Assembly: GCF_009914755.1 (NCBI RefSeq)
Contig: NC_060926.1
DNA: 64,000 bases
Source of the DNA: the human T2T-CHM13v2.0 reference genome, Homo sapiens
Direction: 5' to 3' (one strand)
Shown: piece after piece, positions 45,182 through 56,687 of the stretch
How the letters are laid out: each line of letters opens with the position of its first letter
How positions within the stretch are numbered: the first letter of the stretch is position 1
Notes under the pieces: model-generated
Database searches by the model: none
What the model was told of the DNA's origin: nothing
What the model saw: the letters and a program-made list of their open reading frames with translations, nothing else
Made by a program: the position numbers and the translations under genes

Positions 45182-45301
45182 TCATCTCATCACAGTGAGT
45201 GCCACGAAGGGGTGCGATGCAGTGCCGTGCAGCTCAGGGTGGAGACGGATGTGGATGATCTGGGTGGGGTGTCTTGTAGGTCTTCTCAGTGGCCCTTCTC
45301 T

Positions 45302-45461
45302 GGGCCTGCTTGGATGGGAGGGCTGTTTCCAAGCGTAGGGGACTCTGGGCTGAGGTGGCAGAGGCCAAGCTGGGCTTTGTAGACATGTGTCCCGAGGCCA
45401 GGGCTTGCTTGGATTTCTATGGCTGTTTCCAAGTGCAGAGGCCTCTGGGCTGGATGGCAGA
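45302..45461 (+). repeat. Diverged ~60-bp direct repeat, period ~100 bp
   Basis: GGGC.TGCTTGGAT...GGCTGTTTCCAAG....G.GG.CTCTGGGCTG...TGGCAGA at 45302 and 45401. Confidence 0.85.
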
Positions 45462-47569
45462 CCCTCTCCCCACCCCCACGGCAGAGCTAGGCAAATGCAT
45501 GGCCCACACAGGAGCCCGGCCTACCTTGTGACTTGGCACTCAGGGTGGGAGGTGGGCTGTGTGCGCCTGACCCTGACCCTCCCGCCCAGGGGCTGAGTGA
45601 GGGCAGAGCACACATCCCGTGGAGGTGGGGCTGCTGGGAGCCGTGAGCTCCACTGTCCCATCAGACTTCATTTACGAAACACATTCAAAGAAAATTATGA
45701 AGAATCTCAAGACAGTGACCACAGAGCTGTGGCCACCACGTGCGGGGCCCCTTCCGAGCATGGGAACTGCGGGCCTGTGTGGTCGCCCGCCCAGGCAGCT
45801 GGCCCTGTGGCTGAGGTGTGGACACAACGCCCTGGAACTCAGGCCACTGGGATGGCTGGAGTGCGCTCAGGTCTCGAACCTGGAGAGGTGACTGCTGAGG
45901 CCCCCCCCCCGCCACTGAGGCAAGCTTCTGTCACTGGCCTGAAGCAAGGCCCCCCATCAAAGGAAGCCTAGAGAGAAGCAACTTCTCTAAAATACCTGGG
46001 TTTACCTACTGGACCATTTTATTTTGCGATTCTGTCCTTTTACTACCTTTACAAAAACCACTTTTGCAAAACAGTAGAGAGAGTTCAAATTCTAAAGTGA
46101 GGGAGGGGTGGATTGAGGAGCAGATTGCCCAGTTTGTCCACAGATCTTCATGCTATTCTGCATCTGCTGGGAGTGGGAAAAGCTTGGGGGCTGCCACCCC
46201 TGAGGATCAGATATTTATGTGACAGATGAACCCTCCTGCTAACGCTGCTGTATTGAAAAGTCCCAAGAAAGAGCAGTCCCAAAGGGAGTCCAGCTGGGCC
46301 CTGGGACCTGCACTGATCCCAAAGCTGCCTAAAAGAAAACGCCTGGGGCGCACCTATAGCTCCAGGAGGAAAATGGCCAAGGGCGCGCAGCAGACTGCCG
46401 ATGGGAAACACCTGTTCTCCGGGCTCGTGGGGGCTGGCCAGGCATTGTTCTCTATTTGCGTGTTTTGCTTTCAGCTCATTCAAACTCAATATAGTGGTGA
46501 AATTAAGTACATCATCAACCTAAAGCTACCAAACCAAATACATAAATGGAAGGATTTGAAAAATCTGTAATAGCTGGGGTGAGGCTGGCCTCGGGCCAGC
46601 TGGGCTGCCCGGACAATGGAGGCAGTATGAGTGCTTGGGCCACAGCGGGAGGGCGAGTTTCCACCCCGGGGTGGCCTGGGGATCTGATCCAGCCTGAGGA
46701 AGGGCTTGGGTGGAGCCCCGAGGGGGCTGGAGGGCTGCCGGGGTGGGGGGGCTCTAACCTGCAGACGTGAGCCCCCAAAGCCGGCTGTCATCATGCGGGC
46801 CGCGGGGGGAGCCATGCTGTGTGGGAAGCAGGGGCGGTGGGATCCGGAGGGGGAAGGTGTGGAAATTTGACACAAACGCAAATGTTTTACCTTCTAAATC
46901 ACCTTGGTCTTGCAGTTGAAAATTCTCCCTGAACTTCCCACCCCAAATGTCTCAGGGAGGGGGAATCTGGGCAGCTTCTCGCTTTCCAAAGTCACAAGTC
47001 ATAATTCTTTCTTCCTGCTGCAACCGGCGCAGGCTGAGTTCTGAATGTGGTGCTGAGATGGTGTGAAAATCTCCGAGAATATCTGGGGACCTTGCACCTC
47101 CACCCCCACCCAGACCCCGCAGTGACTGGGTGGACTTTCCAAGGCGGTTCCGTTTGGGGTTCTGCGCTCCTAAGGAACTCTGTTAGCCAGGAGGGCCAAG
47201 GCCCCTGCGCCCTCAGATGTGATTCACTGACCACCTTCAGCCTAAAATGGCTTTGGAGAGCTGGAGGCCAGGTAGTGTGTTGACCGAGGCCACACTGAGC
47301 ACCCCTCACATCTGCCCTCTGTGCAATGCCTGTGCACACTGGTCACTGTGGCTTCCAAGGAGCCGGCCTCCTTTCACTGCCAGGTGTTCCAGATGCCTGG
47401 ACACTCTTGGTGGACTCAGGGACTGGGACATGTGACCCTGCTTGGCACCCAGAGCCACCCCTGCACTCAGGAGCCAGAACTACCCACAGGCACAGCCCAG
47501 CCTGTTTCCTGGTTCCTTCTCGGTTCTCAGGCCCCTTAGGGCCCCAAGGCAGCTGCAGGAAGGCGCTAC

Positions 47570-47820
47570 CCGAAGGCCACATTGCTTCCCAGGGTTGTGG
47601 CCACAAATGACCACACAGCCAGTGGCTTAAAACAACACTCATTTTCTCTCTTACGCTTCTGGGGTCAGGAGTCCACAGTGGATCCTTCCGGGGGCTCTAA
47701 GGGGAAAATACATTTCTTTGTCTTTTCTGGCTTCTGCAGACGCCTTCCTTCATCCGTGGCCCTCCCCCTCCTTGAGTCACTCTAACCTCTGGCTTCTGTT
47801 GCCACGTCACCGACTGCAGG
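47570..47820 (-). mobile_element. MLT1 LTR fragment
   Basis: ACAAATGACCACAC...GTGGCTTAAAACAACAC. Confidence 0.7.
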
Positions 47821-47906
47821 GCTGTGGTGGGCTGTGTGGCTGCCTTCAAAGATATTCTCACCCTAATCCCCGGTCCCTGTGACCGTAACTTTAGATGGCA
47901 AAAGGA

Positions 47907-48590
47907 TGTCTTAGTCCAGTGGTGTCCAACCGGGGACCAGTTTCGTGAAAGACAATTTTCCACAGACCCGAGGGGAGTGGGGATGTTTTGGGATGAAACT
48001 GTTCCACTTCAGATCATCAGGCATTAGATTCTCATAAGGAGAATAAGGCAACCTAGATCCCGAGCATGTGCAGTTCAGAATCTAATGATCTCACAGGAGG
48101 CAGGGGTCAGGCAGCTCAGGCGGTAATGCTCGCTCACCTGCTGCTCACTTCTTGCTGTGTGGCCTGGTTCCTAACAGGCCACAGTCGGGTACCCGTCCAT
48201 GGCTGGGGGGTCGGGGACCCCTATCTTAGTCCGTTCTGGCTGTTCTAACAAAACGCTGCAGGTTGAGTGGCTTAGAAACAACAGAAATGTATTTCTCACA
48301 GTTCTGGAGGCTGGCAAGTCTAAGATCAAGGAACTGGCAGAGGCGGTGTCTGGAGAGGACCCCAATTCTGGTTCTCAGGCTAGTTACACACCTTCTCACT
48401 GTGTCCTCACACAGCGGAAGGGCCAGTGCAGTGCTCTGGGGCCCCCTTCATGAGGCTCTAATCCCATCCACGGGTCTGCATGCTTGTGACTTTGTCACCT
48501 CCCAGAGTCCTGCCTCCTAACAGCATCACACTGGGAGTTTATGTTTCAACACACGAATTCTGGGAGGACGCAGACAGTCAGATCACAGCA
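47907..48590 (-). mobile_element. MLT1A/MST LTR split by MER1B
   Basis: TGTCTTAGTC|...|CGTTCTGGCTG...CAGTCAGATCACAGCA. Confidence 0.8.
47917..48223. mobile_element. MER1B hAT MITE with perfect 8-bp TSD
   Basis: CAGTGGTGTCCAACC...GGGGACCCCTA; TSD TCTTAGTC at 47909-16 and 48224-31. Confidence 0.92.
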
Positions 48591-49445
48591 AGGGTCTTTG
48601 CAGATGTGATGGAGTCAAGGATTTCGGGATGCGGAGATTCTCCTGCAGGGGCCCTCCCGGCTGGGAAAGCAGGGAAATGCATTCTCCTTCGGAGCCTTCA
48701 CGAGGATCCAGCCCTGCTGGCAACTTGACTGTAGCCCAGCGAGACTGATTTTTTATTTCTGAGCTTCAGATTGTAAGAAAATAAATTCCTATTGCTTTAA
48801 ACTGTGGTAATTTGTTACAGCAGTGAGAAGAAACTGGAACAGGTGGCCTCAGCATTCCACATAGGAGGAACTTAGGGAGGCCGCTGAGGTTTTGGCCTGA
48901 GGCTGCCTGTACTTGCAAACGATTTTCACGGCGAACCTGTGTGATTTCGGGTGCTAGGGCCGTGCGTGTGTGAGATGAAGGTCCAGGGCCAATGCCCTCC
49001 CCAGTGCAATTGCCAACACCCACCCCCAGACGTTTGCACTTTCCTGCCAGGGCATATATTAAATCATAGCCATTGCTGAAAAGGCGCAATCTTTATCCCG
49101 GCTCTCACTCCACACCTACCTACATTTTTGAAAACTTTATTTCTTTAAAAATTTTCTTGTTCTTTGTATCAGTTACACATGCAGAGAATTTAAAGGCAAA
49201 GCAGCAGCCCTTCCACGGGGCTGTCCTGCAGTTCCTTCTCTGGGGCAAACGCTTTGAGTCTTTCAGCCAATTATTTTCGTATTTACCTGGATATCTTAGG
49301 ATAACATGTTCATGTTGACACTTCTGATTTTTCACCTCGGGCATCGTCTACTGGCTTCCCTCAGGGCAGGCTCCCCTTCTCTCTTCACCCTTGACCCATA
49401 TTCTGTCCTCTGCTCTCTCTCTGTCTCTGTCTCTTTGTGTGTCTC

Positions 49446-49750
49446 TTTCTTTTTTTCTTTCTGAGATGGAGTTTTGCTCTTGTTGCCCAGGCTGGAGTGC
49501 AGTGGCGCAATCTGGGCTCTCTGCAACCTCCACCTCCTGGCTTCAAGCAATTCTCCTGCCTCACTCAGCCTCCCAAGCAGCTGGGATTACAGACGCGTGC
49601 CACCACACCTGGCTAATTTTTGTATTTTTAGTAGAGACGGGGTTTCACCATGTTGGCCAGGCTGTTCTTGAACTCCTGACCTCAGGTGATCTGCCTGCCT
49701 CAGCCTCCCAAAGTGCCAGGATTACTGGCATGAGTCACCATGCCCGGCCA
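49446..49750 (-). mobile_element. AluSq/Sp-like element
   Basis: GAGTTTTGCTCTTGTTGCCCAGG. Confidence 0.93.
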
Positions 49751-50210
49751 CTCTGTGTGTCTCTTTCTAACACATACACACACACGCACACACGCAGACA
49801 CACACACACATCCCATCCCTCCATTTTTCCAGCAGCATCTCACCATTTCACCAAGATGAATAGTTAGCGTTTACTATTCACAGCCAAGCCATTAGAATAA
49901 TATGACCTCTTACCTGAACAACTTTTGGTTTTCTCCGGAGTTAATGATGTTTTCATTTGCATTGTTTTTATGTGTTTATCACCACGACAACCCCAGCCTC
50001 TCCCGTAATTGTAGAAATGTCCTTACAAACCATGTCTCTGTTTCCTCTTCGTGAAGAGCGTACTCCTGACACCATGGACCCTGCTCCAGGGAAGGTGGCT
50101 GTTGGGCGGTGGTCTTGGCTGGGGATGTCCCTGCCCCTGCACCCCCTCTGCTCCTGGCTGGGGCTGAGTGGTCTCCATTCTGCCTCCCAGCTTCCCTCTC
50201 TGCTGGCTGA

Positions 50211-50710
<500 letters not shown>

Positions 50711-51051
50711 TGAGGTTGTGGCTGAGAAGTCCCAGCATCTTCCTAGTTCTCAATCCATTGTGAAACCTCCTTGTTTTTGTCTGGAAACTTGTAGGAGCTT
50801 GTGTTTGCACCAGGGTCCTGAATTGCCACAGGACGAGTCTCTGAGTGGGTCTCCTTGCACGCCGCCCACAGGGCATCACGGAGCCCTTTGATGCCGGAAA
50901 GAAATGCCTCGGCTTTTCTTCCAGCTTTGTCTTTCCTGTAACTTGCTGCTGGCCCCACTTTTGTTCTCTGTCAGAGCTTTCCTCAAAACTGGGGTGCTCC
51001 TTGGCTGTCTGCTGTCACCTAAGAGAGAGATGTGAAAAAAACATGTATAAG

Positions 51052-51053
<2 letters not shown>

Positions 51054-51082
<29 letters not shown>
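51054..51082 (+). repeat. (TG)n microsatellite
   Basis: About 14 TG units. Confidence 0.95.
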
Positions 51083-51088
<6 letters not shown>

Positions 51089-51092
51089 AGTA

Positions 51093-51266
51093 AAGTTGCC
51101 AGATTTAACAGCAACAAAAATTACAGAAAGCCCAGTTATATTTGGAATTTTTTTAGTGTAAGTATGTTCTAAATATTACATAGGGCATACTTATACTAAA
51201 AAATGATTTGTTGTTGATCTAAAATCCACATTTCTCTGGGTCCTGTGTTTGACCTGGCCACCCTAG
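51093..51266. mobile_element. MER53 palindromic MITE
   Basis: GTTGCCAGATTTA...TTTTTTAGTGTAAGTATG...CATACTTATACTAAAAAA...CTGGCCACCCTA. Confidence 0.85.
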
Positions 51267-53579
51267 GTAGGGTTGCCCTTCAGTAGCTTCAGGGTAGGGT
51301 GTTGGAGCAGTGCCTGGGGCTGGAGGGCTGCGGATGCAGCCACATCTTTAGGTCTTTCCTTATTGGAGGGGCGAGTCTGACTCAGCCCTGGGGAGCCCGC
51401 TGGAATGGAGGTGCGGGTCTGTGCACAGTGTGTGTAAGATCTGTTTACTCTGCTCGCCCTGTCCGCTCACCCTCAGTGTCACCCTCTCCAGGGAATGAAA
51501 CAGTTGGTCTTCTGATCGGACACAGGGGACAGAGAGAGCCTGAAGCATCTTACACAGGCCTCCGACCACCCCTCTGCATGTGGCCCCCTTCCTGACCTCC
51601 AGAGGCAGTGGAGCCACCCTCGCCTGCACCTCCCAAGCCTCCCCCAGGTAGCCAGGCTGCTTCTGGGCTGCATGGGCTCCTGGCTGAGGAGTCAGCTTTC
51701 TTGGGTCTGCTGGGAGTTCCCCTTGCACAACCCTGGCTGCTGCAGCCTCTCCTGGCTCTCTTTGTCTTTCTGGATTAATGCCATTAAAAGTCCCCTGCTG
51801 CTCCCTGCACTGGGCTTCTGGAGCGGGTGATTAAATGCTTTTGTTCCTTCCACCATCTATAGGAGCCCACCCTGGTTTCATTCCTAAGCTGGCCTGCTCT
51901 TCCCAGGGTGTGTTTCGTCAGCTGCATCTCCGAACAGCAGTAACTGCTGCCGTGTCGAGGCACTTCCCTCAGCCATCCTGGAGGTACGACCCAGGTCCCC
52001 AGTTTTTAGGTGAGAAAAGTGGCTTCAGTGAGTCCGTGGCTTCAGTCACACCCCAAGGTCCCACAGCGAGGGAGTGGGTGCAGGGCCCCTGCACTTGACT
52101 TCTGACCTGCTGCCCTTCTGGGGGTCTCTGTTAGTTCTCTCTGGTTGGGGCAGTTGGTCCTCCTCAGTTTCTGATAACACAGCTGGGTGGGCCTGCCTGG
52201 TGCCCGCTTTGCAGCTTGCTTGCTGGGGCAGGTGGTGGAGCATGAGCACCCATTTAACCTACTAGAAAGGGGTCCCTGGAGGTGGGTGCCTCAGGGAATG
52301 GGGAGAGGCAGGGGCTGTGCCCACCCTCCACCTCCCGGCCACCCCAGGCCCTTCTGTGCCACGGCCTGCTGGGGTGGGGGTCAGCATCGCAGATTTCGGA
52401 AGGCCTTACCACTTGGCTGCCCTCCTTCGGGTTTTTCATCTAGATTTCTTTTGGGAGGAGTCTAGATACTTTTAGTTTTTAAATAAGCCTTGTATCTTCT
52501 CACTCTTTAAACACCACAAAATGGGTGGCATTATTGAAATACAAAAACCTTCTCCAAACTATAACTTTCCTGTGCACAATGGAGAAGACTGATTGTGAAA
52601 GTGGAGCAGGTGTTTTCATGTTGTGCGGACTGAGTGTAAACAAACTGAGCAATGTGAGTAAGCCCGAGCGCCCCTTTGCTCTCATATTTGTGTCTAATGC
52701 TGACAGTTTTGTGGAAAAGCTGTTTTTATGATTCTGAAGTACCTGCACCCCTCCCTTGTGTAAAATTTAATCACATCTTATTGCATCGGGTATTAACACT
52801 CGTAGTTTATTGAGGAGTTTTCTCTGGGGCTTGCTGAGCATGGGGTTGTGAAATGATGCCTGGGTGCCTGGGAGGAGGGATCTGAAAGTCCAGACACCAT
52901 ACGCAGGGAATGAAATATTCCCCCGAATTCCGGGAACACACCAGCTCCCAGCGTCGAGGTTCCCATCTGGAGGGTCTCACCTCCCAAGGTAACAGCATCA
53001 TTTTCCCAGCTTGAAGAGTGAGGTGTGAGACTCGGAGCTGGCCTTTCCTGTCTCTCCCACTGTGAGGGGCATCCATGGAGCTGTGTGCGAGCTGCTCCCG
53101 GAGCTCCTGGGATCAGATTCCAGGGGATGTGCTCCAGCCCAGTGGGGGCAAGTCTGCAGGGCCACATTCAGACGTGACAGCACCGGGGAGGGCCACACCG
53201 TGCATGGCCCTGTGGGGCAGGGCACCCCCGAGAGGCCACCTGGGGTTGGCTGGCAGATGGTTCCATACTCCACTCTCATCAGCACCTCTCGGGGGAGGAC
53301 TGGGCCCTGGGAGAGGCTCTTGCAGGGAGGAGGGAGTCTGGCATACCGTGAAGGACAAACAGTGAAGTGGCTGCGCCTGCAACGTCAGACTGGCCTTCCA
53401 GAAGAGTGGCCAGGACCCCTGCCCGGTGTCCAGCAGCAGTGGTGAGGGCAGGCCTGGGTGTCCAGGAGCAGGAGATGCGGGGCAGAGGAGCCCTCAACGA
53501 GACCCGTGTTCTCTTGAGTTCGAGCAAGACCCCAGGCAGCGGCATGGAGGTCGGTGAAGCTGGACAGGCGCTTCCGTCA

Positions 53580-53700
53580 GGAGCTGGGAGGCGTGGGGGG
53601 GCCCTCTGTGGATCGGGAGTGTGATGGCCCTGTCTGGAGCTGGCAGGCGGGGGGCCCCTCTGAAGGTCGGAGTGTGATGACCCTGTCTGGAACTGGGCAG
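53580..53700 (+). repeat. ~55-bp tandem repeat x2.2
   Basis: GGAGCTGG..AGGCG..GGGGGCCC.TCTG...TCGG(G)AGTGTGATG.CCCTGTCT repeated. Confidence 0.9.
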
Positions 53701-53969
53701 CCCCCAATCCCTGGCACTTCTGGGCATAGAGGACGCCTTGGCTGCTTCAGGGGTTGGCCTCAGCTACTCTTCCGGCCGTACTGGGAGCGAGGCAGGCTTG
53801 GCGGGGGGGGCTGGCTCAGGAGCCCTGCCTGATGTTCTGTGATCATCTTGGGGACAGTCCCCTCAACCAGGTTGGTGGCCACCCTGTCTGGGTGTTGGGT
53901 GCCAGGCACTCGACTCCACTGGGCAGCAGAGGGGACAGAGCTTCTAGGTCCAGACTGCCGCGCACAGAT

Positions 53970-54379
53970 GAGGCAGGTAGAATGGCGGCCCCGAGAGTGA
54001 TGTGTATCCAGAAGGTGAGAATGGGACCCCATGGACAAAAGGGTCTGCACAGATAAAATTAAGGATCTTAAGATAATCTTGGATGAAGATGAGCCCTGAA
54101 TCCAACAGCAAATGTCCTTGTAAGAGACAGAAGAGGACAGACACAGACATGAGAAGGCAATGTGAAGACAATGCCGGGTATGGGAAAGATGGGGCCACAG
54201 CCAGGAGTGCTGACAGCCCCCAGGAGCCAGAAGAGGCAAGCAGGACCCTCCCCAGGAGGGCGCACCCTGTCCACAGGTGTGCTCTCACCTGCAAACCTGC
54301 AGTCATCCCCAGGCCAGGGACCTCTTCCTGGGGAACTCAATTCATGATAGGCTGTAACTGGGCTTAGGGCTGGAACCAT
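53970..54379 (+). mobile_element. MLT1C-like LTR (diverged)
   Basis: TAGAATGGCGGCCCC...AAATGTCCTTGTAAGAGACAGAAGAGG...GGAGCCAGAAGAGGCAAG. Confidence 0.7.
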
Positions 54380-54697
54380 GCTGCAGAAGGTAGGGTGGGC
54401 TTCTGACCACCGGCTGAAGTGTTCTGCCTGGATGGCTGGGCAAAGCCCATCGTTCTACTGAGGCACAGACACCCAGCCCCGCCTTGTGCCAAGCCCTGCA
54501 CTTTCGCGTCTGGAGCTGCTCCCATCCCACTGTGGCTGCTGGCTGAGGGCAGTGAAGGTACTGGAGGAGAACCAGCACCCAGTGAGGGATGATGTCATTT
54601 GCAAGGTTTCATGTGGGCAGAGACTTTTTTATTTGTCTGCCACACATTTTGCGCACTCTTTTACTTTCAACTTTTCTGAGTTTGTTTTGTTTTAGGG

Positions 54698-54896
54698 CAG
54701 GAATCGGCAATGTTTTCTGTAAAGGGACAGATAGTAAATATTCTAGGCTTTGTGAGCCATTTGGTCCTTGTCACACATACTCAACTCTGCTGTATTTTGA
54801 GAAAGCCACAATGGGTGTGGCTGTGTTCCAATAAAACTTTATTTACACAGGCAGGAGGTGAGGCTGGATTTGGACCAAAGGCAGTTTGCTGAGCCT
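54698..54896 (+). mobile_element. MER58A hAT MITE
   Basis: CAGGAATCGGCAATGTTTTCTGTAAAGGGACAGATAGTAAATATT...GTTCCAATAAAACTTTATTTAC. Confidence 0.88.
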
Positions 54897-54908
54897 TAAT
54901 GGCTGTAA

Positions 54909-55238
<330 letters not shown>

Positions 55239-55478
55239 TAATTTTTAAATCACAGTGCTGATTTTCAAGAAGGTTGAATCTGAGTGTTTTTTTCCTTAAA
55301 AAGTTTAGTGTGGCAGATTAAAGATGGCCTCAAAGTCTTTGACATTCCTTCTATCAGGAGGTGGGGTCAACTGCCAACTCCCCACAAGTCTGGAAAGGTT
55401 CTATGACTTTAAAAAAATAATGGCTTTGTTGATATAATTCACCACATGTGTCTAAGCTGATATCTCATACAACTTAGT

Positions 55479-55823
55479 CTGCTGTGGTCTGAATGTCCAT
55501 GTGTCCCCAAAATTCGTATATTGAAAACTTAATCACCAAAGTAATGGTGTTAGGGGTGGAGTCTTTGGGAGGTGATTAGGTGAATGGGACTAGTACCCCT
55601 TTAAAAGAGGCCCCAGAGAGCTAGTCTTCTTCCTGTTTTCCACCACGTGGGGGCGCAGCTAGAAGGTGCCATGTGTCAACCAGAAAGTGGGCCCCTAGCA
55701 GACACTGAACCTACCAGTGCCTTGATTTTGGACTTCCCAGAACTGTAAGAAATACATTTCTGTTGTTTTTAAGCTACCCAGTTGTTGGTATTTTGGTCTA
55801 GCAGCTTGAACAGACTAAGATGC
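55479..55823 (+). mobile_element. MLT1A solo LTR inside an L1 3' end
   Basis: TGCTGTGGTCTGAATGTC...AACAGACTAAGA. Confidence 0.85.
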
Positions 55824-55918
55824 ACCCCTTTAAATAATACAATTATGTGCTTTTTGTACATTCACAGAGTTGTGCAACTGCCATCATGGTTCATTTGCTA
55901 ACATTTTGATTCTTCTTA

Positions 55919-56687
55919 TGAGAGACGGGACTAGCTGGATTTCCTAGGCCGACTAAGAATCCATAAGCCTAGCTGGGAAGGTGACCACATCCACCTTTAA
56001 ACGCAGGGCTTGCAACTTAGCTCACACCTGACCAATCAGGTAGTAAAGAGAGCTCACTAAAATGCTAATTAGGCTAAAACAGGAGGTAAAGAAATAGCCA
56101 ATCATCTGTTGCCTGAGAGCACACGGGGAGGGACAATGATCGGGATATAAACCCAGGCATTTGAGCCAGCGATGGCTACCCCCTTTGCGTCCCCTCCCAT
56201 TGTATGGGAGCTCTGTTTTCAGTCTATTAAATCTTGCAACTGCGCACTCTTCTGGTCCGTGTTTGTTACGGCTCCAGCTGAGCTTTCGCTCGCTGTCCGC
56301 CACTGCTGTTTGCCGCCCTCGCAGATCTGCCGCTGACTTCCACCCCTCTGGATCCGGCAGGGTGTCCGCTGTGCTCCTGATCCAGTGAGGCACCCATTGC
56401 CGCTCATGATCGGGCTAAAGGCTCGCCATTGTTTCTGCACGGCTAAGTGCCCGGCTTTGTCCTAATCGAGCTGAACACTAGTTGCTGGGTTCCACGGTTC
56501 TCTTCCGTGACCCACAGCTTCTAATAGAGCTATAACACTCACCGCATGGCCCAAGATTCTATTCCTTGGAATCCATGAGGCCAAGAACCCCAGGTCAGCA
56601 AACAAGAGGCTTGCTGCCATCTTGTAAGGAGCCCACCACCATCTTGGGAGCTCTAAGAACAAGGACCCCCCCCCCCCACCCCCAACA
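55919..56687 (+). mobile_element. HERV-W LTR17 solo LTR, full length
   Basis: TGAGAGACGGGACTAGCTGGATTTCCTAGGCCGACTAAGAATCC...AACA; TG..CA ends; TSD CTTA at 55915-18 and 56688-91. Confidence 0.95.
56032..56231 (+). promoter_or_regulatory. LTR17 U3/R core promoter and polyA signal
   Basis: CCAAT 56032 and 56098, TATAAA 56146, ATTAAA 56226. Confidence 0.7.

Larger units (their letters stand above)
47823..48841 (+). mobile_element. MLT1D-like LTR split by nested MLT1A/MST and MER1B
   Basis: TGTGGTGGGCTG...ATGGCAAAAGGA| and |AGGGTCTTTGCAGATGTGAT...GAAACTGGAACA. Confidence 0.75.
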
